64,000 nucleotides of DNA from Octopus sinensis (taxonomy: Eukaryota), in NCBI RefSeq assembly GCF_006345805.1, contig NC_043021.1, positions 2,852,001 through 2,916,000 of the forward strand. Direction: 5' to 3'. This document shows positions 27,961 to 41,819 of the stretch, piece by piece (positions within the stretch are counted from its first letter, which is position 1; the number at the start of each line of letters is the position of its first letter). The notes below the pieces were generated by a model. That model ran no database searches and was not told the origin of the DNA. It saw nothing but the letters and a program-made list of their open reading frames with translations. The position numbers and the translations under genes were made by a program.

Positions 27961-28227
27961 AGGGGTGTAACCAACCCACTTATGTGTACCTTTCCTTCAT
28001 TGGACCTGGTTGGCTCTACACATCATGACATCTCTGGGGACACTAACCTAGGATGACCCCAGCCATATCAATCAAGAGCATGAAACAAGCAAGAAACAAA
28101 CAAACATCAGTTGTGCATGAGACTGTGCGGAGTATATACAATGTTCAAAATTCATGAAGCAAAGTAGATGTCAAAGACAAAGTTTATGATGACTGGGTGT
28201 CTGGCTAATCTGTGTGTGTGTGTGTGT

Positions 28228-28259
<32 letters not shown>

Positions 28260-28418
28260 ACTTTTTTTTAAGTGGTTGTAAATTATGGATTTAAATGGGA
28301 TGGAGTTACAAACCCATCTAATGTAGAGCAAATGTTATATGAATTGAAAATGGTGAAAGGTGAATCGTAGTACCTGACAAAGCTTAAAATTCACCAATTT
28401 ATATCTGTTTCATTTTAG

Positions 28419-28503
28419 TTAAATTACCAGAAGTGCTTGGCAAAATGGACTTGCCTGAACTAAAACTTGGAATACTTCTTGGATATTTGGAAAATTTCCT
28501 AGA
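28419..28503 (+). CDS. MSL3: MSL3-like exon 10 (VKLPEVLGKMDLPELKLGILLGYLENFL)
   Basis: Acceptor cattttag|, donor |gtaagt. VKLPE.LGKM is MSL3-typical. Phase 1 to 2. Confidence 0.92.
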
Positions 28504-28908
28504 GTAAGTGAAATATTTTTTTCATTTTGGTCACTTTTGAACATTATTTCATGTTGGATAATTGCAGTATAGAGAACTGGTGTGTTTCACTCCATGTCAA
28601 ACTAAAAGCCCACCTGTCTCACTCCTCGTCACACTGATAGCTTATGTGTTTCATTCTATTTCAAGCTAATAGCTTTCCTCTCTGACTCTTTGTCAAATCA
28701 GCTGTCAAATAAGAAGAACATCATAAAAGTGGTCCTTCTGTTCATTTGGTAGGCCCACTTGAGGGGCACAGGCAGAGATAATTGTCACTATACTATTCTG
28801 TAAGACAGCTTAAGCTTGAGCATTCTATCGCACACTCTGGCTACCTTTATGACCTTATCCAGCCACTTCCCTGTAAGAAGTATGTCCACACCATCTACCC
28901 CGTCACTG

Positions 28909-29610
28909 TTATTCGGTTGTTCTGAAAATAACGGCCGATTTCAGAAACATAAGTTTATTCTGGGAAAATTAACAATAGAAATGTTTTGATCAGTCAAAAT
29001 ATGAGCCCTGAACATCTATGCTTCTCTGCCATCAACATTGAGATTATTTATGCCTCGTTGATAAAAAACTTATTGGCTTTGATGCTAAGAAATCTTTGAA
29101 AGCTGATTCCACTTCTGGTTTGGACCTGAAAGTTTTATCACTTAAAAACGTGTTTAAATGCTTAAAAAATGTTAGTCAGTGGGTGAAAGATCAGGAGAAT
29201 ATGGAGGATGTGGTAAAGTCTCTGCAGCGTCACTCTTGGAACATGTGGCTTTGCATTATTGTGGAGCAGAATTGGGCCACACCAATTCACCAATGCAGGT
29301 CTCAATTTTTGCAAGTGAGCATGAATTTCAGCGAGTTGATTGCAGTAAACCTCTGCTGTAATGCTCTAATTGGCTTCCAGAAAGCTGTAATGGACGACAC
29401 CAATTGCAGACCACCAGACAGTCACCATAATCTTTGGCTGATGCAACTTTGGCTTTGGGAAGTGTTTAGGGGACTCATCACGATCAAGCCATTGGCCTGA
29501 TCATTCATGGTTATCATAAAGGATCCACTTTTCGTCATAAGTGACTATTTGGTCAAGAAAAAGATCATTGGTGTTTTGCAGAAAGAGCATCGAGCACACT
29601 TCAAAATACT
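28909..29610 (-). mobile_element. mariner (DD34D) transposon fossil, 5'-truncated, in MSL3 intron 10
   Basis: Minus-strand translation: IVTYDEKWILYDN, MVTVWWS, GPILLHNNAKPHV, HPPYSPDLSPTD, WQ.SIDVQGSYFD*. Several stops and an internal deletion. Confidence 0.88.
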
Positions 29611-29761
29611 GGATTTAAGACATTGATGTCCAAGATACAAAAGCAAAGTTTGAAGGGAGTAGTAGTCGTTTCCTTTGACTTTTAGATAGAAGCAAATAGA
29701 AAACAACATTTACTGACCAAAGACAACAAAAAATATTAAAAATAAAAATTTTGTTACACAT

Positions 29762-30157
29762 GAGTGGTTGTGTGGTAAGTAGCTTGTTTACCGACCATAT
29801 GGTTCCAGGTTCAGTCCCGCTGTGTGGCACCTTGGGCAAGTGTCTTCTACTATAGCCTCAGGCCGACCAAAGCCTTGTGAGTGGATTTGGTAGACGGAAA
29901 CTGAAAGAAGCCTGTCGTATATATATATATATATGTATGTATGTGTTTGTGTGTCTGTGTTTGTCCCCCTTGCATTGCTTGACAACCGATGCTGGTGTGT
30001 TTATGTCCCCGTTACTTAGCGGTTCGACAAAAGAGACCGATAGAATAAGTACTGGGCTTACAAAAGAATAAGTCCCGGGGTCGATTTGCTCGATTAAAGG
30101 CGGTGCTTCAGCATGGCCGCAGTCAAATGACTGAAGCAAGTAAAAGAGTAAAAGAGT
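29762..30157 (+). mobile_element. SINE family B
   Basis: Same sequence as the 5304 copy. Confidence 0.85.
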
Positions 30158-30402
30158 ATGGTAATAATGGGTATGAAGCTGAAAGTATGTCTTGGGTATG
30201 ATTTGCAATCTCCTCATCAGTAGTCCATAGATGTTTTCTTCTCCCTTATTTTTCTGACTACATAGTATGTGTGTGTTTGTATGCATGCATATATACATGC
30301 ATTGGAGGAGGTAGAGTGATTCACTTTACATTTGTAATATAGAACTTTCTTGAATGTCTTCCTTAATTTGTAATTCTTCTTTTTCTTTTGTGTTTGTTTC
30401 AG

Positions 30403-30463
30403 ATATATGGCAGCAAGACATGAAGATTTGTTTCCAGCTTCTGCTTATGTTGATGCAGTGTAA
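30403..30463 (+). CDS. MSL3: MSL3-like last coding exon (EYMAARHEDLFPASAYVDAV*)
   Basis: Acceptor gtttcag|, stop TAA 30461-30463. FP.SAYV C-terminal MRG motif. Total CDS 1950 nt = 649 aa. Confidence 0.92.
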
Positions 30464-30793
30464 AACAGATGTCTTTTGTTATTAATATTATTATTATTAT
30501 TATTATCATCATTATTTCTAGATCAGCAGAGTGGTTGAAAGGGTTAGAATGGCCGGACTAAATGCCTTGCAATATTATTTTAGTTATATCCTTTGACATT
30601 CAGAGTGCAGGTCCTGCTGCTTGGTGGGTGCAAAATGTGTTTGTGTGTATGTGTGTGTGTGTGTGTGGAGTTTGGTTGACTTTGGGATTGAAAAACAAAG
30701 ATAGAACACCAGTACCAGTTAAATACTAGGGTTGATTTACTTGAATGCATTCCCTCCCTCTCCTCTAATGTGTGGCTTTGTGCCTAAGTTAGA

Positions 30794-30837
<44 letters not shown>

Positions 30838-31005
30838 TATGTTTGACCTTTGCTTTACATTTGTACAAGTTGGCTCCAAGTCTCACCCAGAGACCTCAAG
30901 AGACAACAAGTTGGAAGTTCGTGTTGGTGTTATGCCTAGGGTGCCATATTTTTGGTTTTGTACTTAGTGTTGTACTAGTGAATGTTTAAGAATTATTATT
31001 ACTAT

Positions 31006-31037
<32 letters not shown>

Positions 31038-31469
31038 GGGATTGATGTAATCAATTTACCTCTCCCCCCAATCTTATTATTATTATTATGAAAACAAAGG
31101 CGGTAAGCTGGCAGAATTGGTCGGTTGATGGATGAAATGGTTAGCGGCATCACGTCCATCTTTACGTTCTGAGTTCAAATGCCGCAAAGGTCAACTTCCT
31201 GGCCATGTACCAACATTTGAAACTTATTATTATTATTATTATTATTAAGGTGGCAAGCTGGCAGAATTGTTAAACACATGCTGGGCAAAAATGCATCGCG
31301 GTATTTCATCCGCCTTTACATTTTGAGTTCAAATTCTGTCAAGGTTTACTTTGCCTTTCATTCTTTTGGGGGGGGTCGATAAATTAAGTACCAGTGAAAC
31401 ACTGGGGGGTCGATGTAATCAACTAGTCCCCTCCCCACAAATTTCAGGCCTTGTGCCTATAGCAGAAAG

Positions 31470-31489
31470 GATTATTATTATTATTATTA

Positions 31490-31534
<45 letters not shown>

Positions 31535-31632
31535 CATTATTATCATTAATTTATCATTATTATTATTATATTATTTTATTATTATATTATTATATTATTA
31601 TTATTATTATTATTATTATCATTAATATTATC

Positions 31633-31663
<31 letters not shown>

Positions 31664-31692
31664 ATTATTATTATATTATTATTATTATATTA

Positions 31693-31730
<38 letters not shown>

Positions 31731-31732
31731 TA

Positions 31733-31776
<44 letters not shown>

Positions 31777-31845
31777 CATTAATATTATCATTATTATTAT
31801 TATTATTATTATCATTAATATTATCATTATTATTATTTATTATTA

Positions 31846-31878
<33 letters not shown>

Positions 31879-32011
31879 CATTATATTATCATTATTTTAT
31901 TATTATTATTATTATTTTATTATTATTATATTATTATTATTATATATTATTATTATTATTATCATTATTATTATTATATTATTATTATTATTATTATCAT
32001 TAATATTATCA

Positions 32012-32043
<32 letters not shown>

Positions 32044-32089
32044 TATTATATTATTATTATTATTATCATTAATATTATCATTATTATTA

Positions 32090-32143
<54 letters not shown>

Positions 32144-32189
32144 CATTATATTATCATTATTATTATTATTATTATTATCATTAATATTA

Positions 32190-32230
<41 letters not shown>

Positions 32231-32337
32231 TATTATATTATTATTATTATTATTATCATTAATATTATCATTATTATATTATTATTTTATTATTATTATT
32301 ATTATTATCATTATTATCATTAATATTATCATTATTA

Positions 32338-32396
<59 letters not shown>

Positions 32397-32400
32397 ATTA

Positions 32401-32458
<58 letters not shown>

Positions 32459-32469
32459 CATTAATATTA

Positions 32470-32545
<76 letters not shown>

Positions 32546-32590
32546 CATTAATATTATCATTATTATTATTATTATCATTAATATTATCAT

Positions 32591-32622
<32 letters not shown>

Positions 32623-32656
32623 ATTATTATTATTATTATTATCATTAATATTATCA

Positions 32657-32707
<51 letters not shown>

Positions 32708-32710
32708 TAC
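31470..32710. repeat. ~1.2-kb (ATT)n microsatellite
   Basis: Direct reading. Confidence 0.95.
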
Positions 32711-33327
32711 TTATACAGCTTTGCTGAGAATGGTATTGGTGAACATAACAAACAGCATTTAGCATTACTTTACCGTTTGTTTCCCAGTAATGTTTATTCT
32801 TCCATGGAATTAATTCTTTAAAAAAGCTGGTTGCCCCTTTGCCATATATAACATCTGTTTGAAATAATAGCATTATAGAACATATAGAATTTGGTCAGTG
32901 TTACTGTTTAGCCCCAGGTCAACCATGATTAAATGTTTCCACGTCCATGACCATCACCTCTTGGTTTATTTCCTTCCCTTTTTTTTTTAATCAAGGGCTA
33001 AGACTACATTATCCAACGTATCCTTTATTTAAGGTGTAGACAGTAAGGTGTAATTTGAGGGAGATTTGTCTGCCATTTTCTGTAGATTAAGCTGCTATGT
33101 GTAGGTTCCCTTGTCAGCTTGTGATATTTATTGTAGTGCTTAGAGGGGGAATGATGTCTCTACTTCCTCATCATTCTCCACTCCTCCTTCCCCTCCATCT
33201 CATGGTGAGTGGCAGTAGTATCCTTGATGCTATATACATACCTGCTATATACTGGGGGACAGGCTTGAGGCATTCTTATTGCATTACCTTCTCAAAATTC
33301 AACATTGTTTTTACCATGTCATGAAAT

Positions 33328-33381
<54 letters not shown>

Positions 33382-34419
33382 TCATACACATACACACATT
33401 AATATACGCATACACATACATCAACATGCATATGTATATACTTGCACACATATTTATGTACAGACACATTCAAACACACATCAACATAGACACATGCACA
33501 CATATACATGCATGTATAGACATATGCATGTTGGCATCTACATATTCACATACATACACATGTAGACACATTTGAGCATATTCATATATAGGCACACACA
33601 CTAACACACACACACACACACATGCATACATGTTGATCACTATTTCTGATCAGAAGGGTGCCATCTTGTCTGAGCATATACACATACATACCTGCATATA
33701 TGCAAGCTACCATACATACACACATGCATCCATACTTTCATGCATGCATACATACATACATACATGCAGACACTTTTGTGTACACACATACACGCATGCT
33801 CACACATGTAGTCAAATGCACACACACAAAGATACATGTATTGGTGTAGCATTCTATCTTTTGCCGTCTCTAAATGTTTAAAACTGTTGTTCTCTAAACT
33901 ATTGATTACAAAGGAACAAGGTAGTTAATTAATTGGTGGTGGTCATTAGGAAAGGTATGGAGTATAATGTTTGTTGGTGTGAGGCTGTTGAGTAATTGGA
34001 AAGAGAGAATGGGGCCGTATTTCATAATATCTCTGGTCTGTTCATACATGAACATGCATGTCTGTATGTATGTATGCACACACATTCATGCACACCACGC
34101 ACACACACACACTCATGCACACCCACACAGGTAAACATGCATAGGCATGCCTTTGTGCAGTCATCATTTACTTGCACAAACACATGCATAATCTGCACAC
34201 AAACAGCTTCAGGTAGATAGGAGGGGCTGGTTTGGAAACTGAAACTAAACATGATGACGGGTCAGGCCCCGAAATATTAAGTATTTTCTCAACATCGATC
34301 ATGGTGAACCAGAACCTCCCCCACCCCCCACTTTTATTTTTTCTTACTTTTTCTGTTTTCAATTTTATTTTATTTATTTTTTTTTCAATTTTGGATTTTT
34401 TGGCCTTTAATTGTGTCAC

Positions 34420-35335
34420 GAATCTCATTTCACACCACATGGCATCACGTCACATCACATGAATTTCGTGTTAAACCATATGACTACCCATCACGCCACC
34501 CGGTCTTGCATTACACCATTACAACCTCACATCATGCTACATGGATTTCTCTTCTACAACATGGTTTCCCATCACACCATGTCAGGCAGCATCATTTTGC
34601 ATGTCATAACTTCCTTTGCATCATCATACCACATGACTTTCCATCACCCCCACATGATTCCGCATCATGTCACATGGTTTTCCATCCTTCCCTTTCTCCT
34701 TCATGACACCCCACCCCCTCCACATGACTTTCCATCATGCCACATATTTTGTCATCCTTTCCCTTCTCCCACATGACTCTCCCACATGACTCCCTCCCAA
34801 TAATTCACCATTCCTTTTGAATGACTTCCTGTTGTTCCTGTGACTTTGCATTATGCCACATGGCTTCCCATCATACTATCTCATGCAGCATCAGTTTGCA
34901 TGTCGTAGCTTTCTTTGCATCACATCACATGACTTCCTCTCCTTTGCCTCCACCCACATGATGTCCCTATCACTTTCTGTTCTCTCACAACACCTCATCC
35001 TTTCAAATGAATTCTCATCATGCTACGTTTCCCATCATACCCCATCATGCAGCATCGGTTAACATGTAGCTTTCTTTGCATCACATCACAATCCCCTCCC
35101 TCCTCCATCATCCCACGTGACTTCCTCTCCTGCCCCTCCTCCCACAAATGACATTCCCACCATCCTTCTCATCCCACAACACCTCATCCTTTCATATGAC
35201 ATCCCATCATGCCACATGGTTTCCCCATGGTACCTCATCATGCAGCATCACCTCACATGTCATGGTTTTCTTTGCACCACATCACATGACCTCCCATCAT
35301 GCCATATGACTTCCTATTACACCACATCACAAACT
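34420..35335. repeat. Degenerate CAT/CAC-rich minisatellite
   Basis: Recurrent block CATGGTTTCCCAT...GCAGCATCA...TTTGCATCACATCACATGACTT, about four times. Confidence 0.6.
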
Positions 35336-36434
35336 GTGTGTGATTATTTCTAATTTGTGTATCATGTAATTTAAAAAAAAAAATTTTGCTTTTGAAATCT
35401 TCATTTTTTTTTTGTTTTTAGAAGCCATTTTCCTCTTTTACTCTTTTTCCTTCTTTGTATCTCACGAGAAATAGCTGACACTTGGCAGTCACCAACTGTG
35501 CTCCTTATTTCTCTTTTGCCCAATGATTTAGAGATGCCAGACAAAATGTTTTGTGGTATTTAATTACATCCCTTTATATTCTGAGTTCAAATCCTGCCAG
35601 GGTCCACTTGGCCTCTTCTTTGTCCTGGAAAAATCTGTATAATAAAAGTACCGGTCAAACATTGAAGGGTCAGTTTAATCAACTGGTCTCTTTCCCCCCA
35701 GTTTCTAGCCTTGTGCCTATGTAAGAGAGATTATTATGTTTTCATTGGTTTTGTGTGGTTGTGCAGTGCTTAGCCTTGTTGCACCATTCAGGGGTGGGTG
35801 GGGCACTTCATGTTCTTGAGGTTTATGTAGCATTGATATAGAAGTGTGTTTCTATACTATATCAGTGTTGCTTTGTTGTGAGGTGTGTTTCTGGTATTGT
35901 GATGTAGTTTCCAGTGTTGTCAGGTTTGTTCATGATGTTAGGTTTTGTTTCTGGTGTTGTGAGATTTTGTTCCTGGAGTATTGGGCGTTTGTTTGCTGGC
36001 CTTAGGAAGGGCATCCAACTGTATTGTGAGATTTGTCCCCAGTGTTGTAAGATTTGGTTTCCAGTGTTGTGATGTTTGTTTTTTATGTTGTGAGGTTTTG
36101 TTTTTGATGTTCTGAATTTTGTTTCTGGTGTTGTGAGATTTGTTTCTGGTGTTATTTTAGTATCTTGTTTGTTGTGCAGTATCTTTTAGTCTCTTATTTG
36201 TTGTGCAATGTGAGTTGTGTTAGTTTGTTTGGTGGTGATGTTTGTGCCAGACTGCAGTTATGCAGTGTATGTGCCATGCAGGCTACTACATTACTGGATT
36301 GTTTAGGGTGTGTGTTGTGTGGCTTGTGATTCAGTATTTGATGGCGATTCAGTAGAGATCTGGTTCCCAGCCTCTTTCTCTACCCCTCTCCCTATCCCTA
36401 AGAAACGTTTGATTAATTATCACACTCCTACATA

Positions 36435-36855
36435 GGTGCAAGAGTGGCTGTGTGGTAAGTAGCTTGCTAACCAACCACATGGTTTCGGGTTCAGTCCCAC
36501 TGCGTGGCATCTTGGGCAAGTGTCTTTTGCTATTAGCCCCAGGCCGACCAATGCCTTGTGAGTGGATTTGGTAGACGGAAACTGAAAGAAGCCTGTCGTA
36601 TATATGTATATATATATATATGTATGTATGTATGTGTGTGTGTTTGTGTGTCTGTGTTTGTCCCCCTAGCGTTGCTTGACAACCGATGGTGGTGTGTTTG
36701 CGTCCCCGTCACTTAGCGGCTCGGCAAAAAGAGACCTATAGAATAAGTACTGGGCTTACAAAAGAATAAGTCTCGGGGTCGATTTGCTCGACTAAAGGCG
36801 GTGCTCCAGCATGGCCGCAGTCAAATGACTGAAACAAGTAAAAGAGTAAAAGAAT
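36435..36855 (+). mobile_element. SINE family B
   Basis: Same sequence as the 5304 copy. Confidence 0.85.
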
Positions 36856-37307
36856 AAGTAATATCATATTTGAAAATGAACACAAAAGTCACTTTTCTAA
36901 TAACTAGTTTATTTTCCAAAGACTGAATTACAATGTTCTTGATGTGCTTAACAGAGCAAAATTATTTCCTTGTGAGCAAGCTTAACCTTTTTGATACTAA
37001 ACCACTGGAGACCACACCTTGGTCCTATGACACAAATTCCCTGTTTTCAAGAGATTTAAATTAAAACCTTCCATCAGACTTCTAAGCTAATTTAATCCTT
37101 TAGCATTCGGATTATTCTGTGAAATGTAAAGCTTATTTATCCACATTGTTTTGAATTAATCACGCAATAATCTTGTAGCTTTGAGATCTTGATCATGTGA
37201 CTGTTTATGTTTACAATGACATAGTAAGGTAGGTGTGAGATGCCAGATCTAGCTGGCTTTGGCATAAATCAGGTAGAATATTTTGGCAGGATATGGCCAG
37301 TTTAAGT

Positions 37308-38188
37308 CAGGGGTTCTCAACCATATTTTATTTATGGACCCCTTTGCTTGCTATTTTATTCTGGTGGATCCCAATAGCCATTGGATGCTTTAAAAACTAG
37401 TTTTAGAGAAACTGCTTTCAAAATTCCGATTTTGTTTTTCACACATTAACTTGGCACGTAAAAAGCACCATCTGAATCGTGGCCGAAGCCAGTGCCGCCT
37501 CGACTGGCTTCCGTGCAGGTGGCACGTAAAAAGCACCATCCGAATCGTGGCCGATGCCAGTGCCGCCTCGACTGGCTTCCGTGCAGGTGGCACGTAAAAA
37601 GCACCATCCGAATCGTGGCCGAAGCCAGTGCCGCCTCGACTGGCTTCCGTGCAGGTGGCACGTAAAATGCACCAATCCGACCGTGGCCGTTGCCAGTGCC
37701 GCCTCGACTGTCTTCCGTGCAGGTGGCACGTAAACTGCACCAATCCGACCGTGGCCGATGCCAGCCGTGCCTGGCTCCAGTGCAGGTGGCACGTAAAAAG
37801 CACCCACTACACTCACGGAGTGGTTGGCGTTAGGAAGGGCATCCAGCTGTAGAAACATTGCCAGATAAGACTGGAGCCTGGTGCAGCCTTCTGGCTTCCC
37901 AGATCCCCGGTCGAACTGTCCAACCCATGCTAGCATGGAGAACGGACGTTAAACGTTGATGATGATGATGGTGAACTTGTGTAGATTGAACTATGTAAAA
38001 AATACTAGGGGAAAAAAAAAAGCTTAGCTGTTTCTTGCAAAACATACCAATACATACATCTAAAGTAAAATTTTTTCAGGGGACCATAAAATACTATTAT
38101 CAATCCCCAATTTACTGCTTTGTTGCATGTACCCACCAAAATCTTATTTGGACCCTCGGGCCATAAGGACCCCAGTTGTGAACCACTG
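37308..38188. mobile_element. hAT-like MITE nested in a piggyBac-like MITE, itself containing a retroposon
   Basis: CAGGGGTTCTCAACC...GTTGTGAACCACTG. 8-bp TSD GTTTAAGT/GTTTAAAT. Confidence 0.75.
37452..37972 (+). mobile_element. Retroposon family C ((GAT)n tail) with 5' tandem array of ~68-bp units
   Basis: Units start at 37453, 37521, 37589, 37657, 37725 and 37788, followed by GTGGTTGGCGTTAGGAAGGGCATCCAGCTGTAGAAAC core and GATGATGAT tail. Other copies near 14012(-), 15800(+), 19600(+), 20380(-), 21528(-), 23590(-), 27118(-) and 44100(+). Confidence 0.8.
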
Positions 38189-39834
38189 GTTTAAATGCTA
38201 AAATGTTAATGTTCTAAATGCCAGATTAACCCTTAAGCATTCTGATTACTCTATCAAATGTAATGCTTATTAATTCATGTTTTATTTGAATTAATCAGGA
38301 ATTATCTCATAGCTTTGTGATTTTGATGATGTGATTATAGGGAAGGTGTAAGAAGCCAGGTCTGGCCAGTTTGAACGTGAAGCTGGTAAAATATTTGGGC
38401 CGAATATGGCCAGTTTAAGTGCTAAAGAGTAGTAAAGGTAAAGGTTAGCTTTTTGAGTCATGCTGACTCATAAAGGCTGGTTTCCCAGTTTCCATGGCGT
38501 ATATATTCCCCACCTGGACGGGACGCCGGTCCGTCACAGAATTATTACTCACTTTTGCCAGATGAGTGGACTGGAGCAACGTGAAATGAAGTGTTTTTCT
38601 CAGGAACACAACGCGTCACCCAGTCTAGGAATCTTACGATCATGAGTCCAACACCCTAACCACTAAGCCATGCGCCTCCTTGTGCTAAAGGGGGAATAAT
38701 GACAAATTATATTTCACTAAGTCCCTCGTTATTTTCAAAATTAATCGAAACAAAGCATTGTGTATTTCAATAGAAACAAAGGGGTCGATTCTATTTCTGA
38801 GAAACAGTTTTAACGAAGCATACACTTCCCTTCTTTGCTTTACATAACTTGACATGCCATGTCAAAGAACACTCCAAAAGGTGTGGTCTCCTCTGGTGTG
38901 GAGCACGTGTTATGTCAGTATGTTATGTGATTGTATAGGCTGTGTGCTGTGGTATGTTTAGGTGTTGATTTTGCTTAGTATGTGTTGTGTTGGTTGTGCT
39001 TGTATTATTGGATGGTGACTATACTTGAGTATGTGTTGTATAGGTTGTGGTATTGAATTGTAAGTGCATTGTATGGGATGTAGGCTGTGCTTAGCAATCC
39101 TATATTATTATCATTATCATTAATATATTATTATTATTTTGCTAAGGTGCTGAGCTGGCAGACTCGTTTGCAGTTGGGCAAAATGTTTGGCTGCATTTTC
39201 TCTGTCTTACGTTCTGAGTTCAAATTCTGTCGAGGTCAGCTTTGCCTTTCATCTTTTCTGGGTTGCATACTGGGGTCAGTGGAACTGACTAGCCCCCTCT
39301 CCCCAAAATTTCAGACCTTGTCCCTATTGTAGAAAGGATTACTATTATTATTATTATTATTATTGCCTAGGCAACAGAAGCATGTGGTGGGAGGGATTAA
39401 ATGCCGGACTCTTACTTCATTTCCTCACTCTGTGTTCTGAGTGCAGCTCAGGTGAGGGCTCACTCTACTTCTTTCCATCCCTCCAGATTTTGTAAGCAAA
39501 GTAGCAGTCATTGCTTGGTGTTAATTTCAATGTCCCTGCCTCACTCCCCTAACCAAGAAATTGGGATCTTCTGTCTTCTGCCGACACTAGAAAAATTCTA
39601 ACATAATTTGTTACAATTATTGGTGGTGCTTGTTAGACGTGGATCAATTTAACTTATTCCCAGATTGTCGGATCAAATCCATTGCCGGGCACTTCATTCT
39701 GTTTCTAACCAGAATATTTTATTCCGCATTACCTCACTTCATCCAGCTGTGAATGTAACTCGCAAAATAGACTGGTGCTATCTCCATGATGCTATGAAAA
39801 GAAAACAAAAAAACAAAAAAAAAAAACTTAAGCT

Positions 39835-40232
39835 AGGCGCAGGAGTGGCTGTGTGGTAAGTAGCTTGCTTACCAACCACATGGTTCTGGGTTCAGTCCCA
39901 CTGCGTGGCACCTTGGGCAAGTGTCTTCTGCTATAGCCCCGGGCCGACCAATGCCTTGTGAGTGGATTTGGTAGACGGAAACTGAAAGAAGCCCGTCGTA
40001 TATATGTATATGTGCGTGTATGTTTGTGTGTGTGTTTGTCCCCCTAGCATTGCTTGACAACCGATGCTGGTGTGTTGACGTCCACGTCACTTAGCGGTTC
40101 GGCAAAAGAGACCGATAGAATAAGTACTGGGCTTACAAAAGAATAAGTCCCGGGGTCGATTTGCTCGACTAAAGGCGGTGCTCCAGCATGGCCGGCCACA
40201 GTCAAATGACTGAAACAAGTAACAGAGTAAGT
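39835..40232 (+). mobile_element. SINE family B
   Basis: Same sequence as the 5304 copy. Confidence 0.85.
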
Positions 40233-40604
40233 ACTGGACTCAACCCCTCCCCCCCAACCTTCTTCGGGTGGAGGTGATGTAGGGTGGGGTTGGGTGTGGG
40301 GGGTGGGGGTTTAAGGGAGTCGGTGGGGGGGGGGAATGATAGGGATTTGCAGATATTTGTTTTGATTTTGGTGTGATTGTTGGCACTATCTTGTTGCTGA
40401 AGACTGTGACTTTGGATTCTCTTCCTTATTTCTTCATCTGCTATTTTCCTTCTCACTCTTGCAGTCTCTCCTCTCCCGCCCCGCCCCTCCCCCCTCACCA
40501 TCTCTCTCAGCTTTCCTTCCTTCCTTTTGATTCAAGTGTCTCTGTTATACTTTCTAATAAATGGCAAGCAGCAAAAGGTAAACACGCATGAATGAATACA
40601 TATA

Positions 40605-40672
40605 CATAAATACTACATATTATACATATATATAAATATATATATATATATATCTATATATATATAATATAT

Positions 40673-40721
<49 letters not shown>

Positions 40722-41289
40722 ATATATATAAATATAATTATTATATATATAAATATATATATAATATTATAATATATTAAATATTATATATATATATATA
40801 TATATCTATATATATATATAATATATTAATATATATATATTATATATAAATATATATATAATATATAATATTATATCTATATATATAGTATATAAATAAT
40901 ATAATATATAATATATATATATATATAATATATATAATATATTTATATAAATAATATATATATTAATATATATATAATATATATATAATTATTATAATTA
41001 TATATATACATACATATATATATAATATATAATAATATATATATATATATATACAACATATATATATAATATATATAAATATATATATATATATAATACA
41101 TACATATATACTATATATATATATATATATATCACAATCAAGGAACGGCCATAATAGGCATACTGATTTAATATCTATATATATATATATATATATAATA
41201 TATATATATATATACGCATATACATGCATACATACATATATATATATATATATTATGATGATGATGATATACGCATATACATGCATACA

Positions 41290-41325
<36 letters not shown>

Positions 41326-41350
41326 ACATACAACGTATATATATATATAT
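40605..41350. repeat. (TA)n-rich low-complexity tract
   Basis: Direct reading. Confidence 0.9.
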
Positions 41351-41819
41351 AATTTCTTAAATTGCAAAAGCATTCACTTGCTGGCTTGTACCAGTCAACC
41401 CTATGCTTGTTCCATTCAACCGTTGGCTGAAGTCTCTCATCAAAAGCAAAAAAAAAAAAAAAAAAGGAAAGAAAAAATAATAATGAAACAAAATAAAATA
41501 AAAACAAAGCGAAAAAATAAAAGCAATTTTTTAATTTAATTTTTTTTCATAATCGTTTTTAATTTCCAATTTTTTTCCTATCTGTTTCAAAATTAAATTT
41601 GTTTCACTTTGTTTAACAGCTAAGTCCCTCTTTTTGCAGACCCTACAGCATGCTGAGCATCGTGGGGGCCAGTAAGCAGATAGGGTATTTTCAGGGTGCC
41701 TGTAGATATAGGTGGGGGCGTGATCCTTGGAAGGGGTAGTGTTACTCAGAGTAGTGTTAACTAGACATATCCTGGGACCAAGGGTGTCAATTCCAAATTT
41801 AAAAAAAAAGAAGACTATT

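Noticed and set aside
34411-35353. His-rich ORFs suggesting a structural or metal-binding protein
   Set aside because: They arise from a degenerate CAT/CAC minisatellite with frame breaks and no splice structure.
37452-37810. CRISPR-like repeat array
   Set aside because: Units are near-identical along their whole length with no unique spacers, sit inside a multi-copy eukaryotic retroposon, and have no cas genes nearby.
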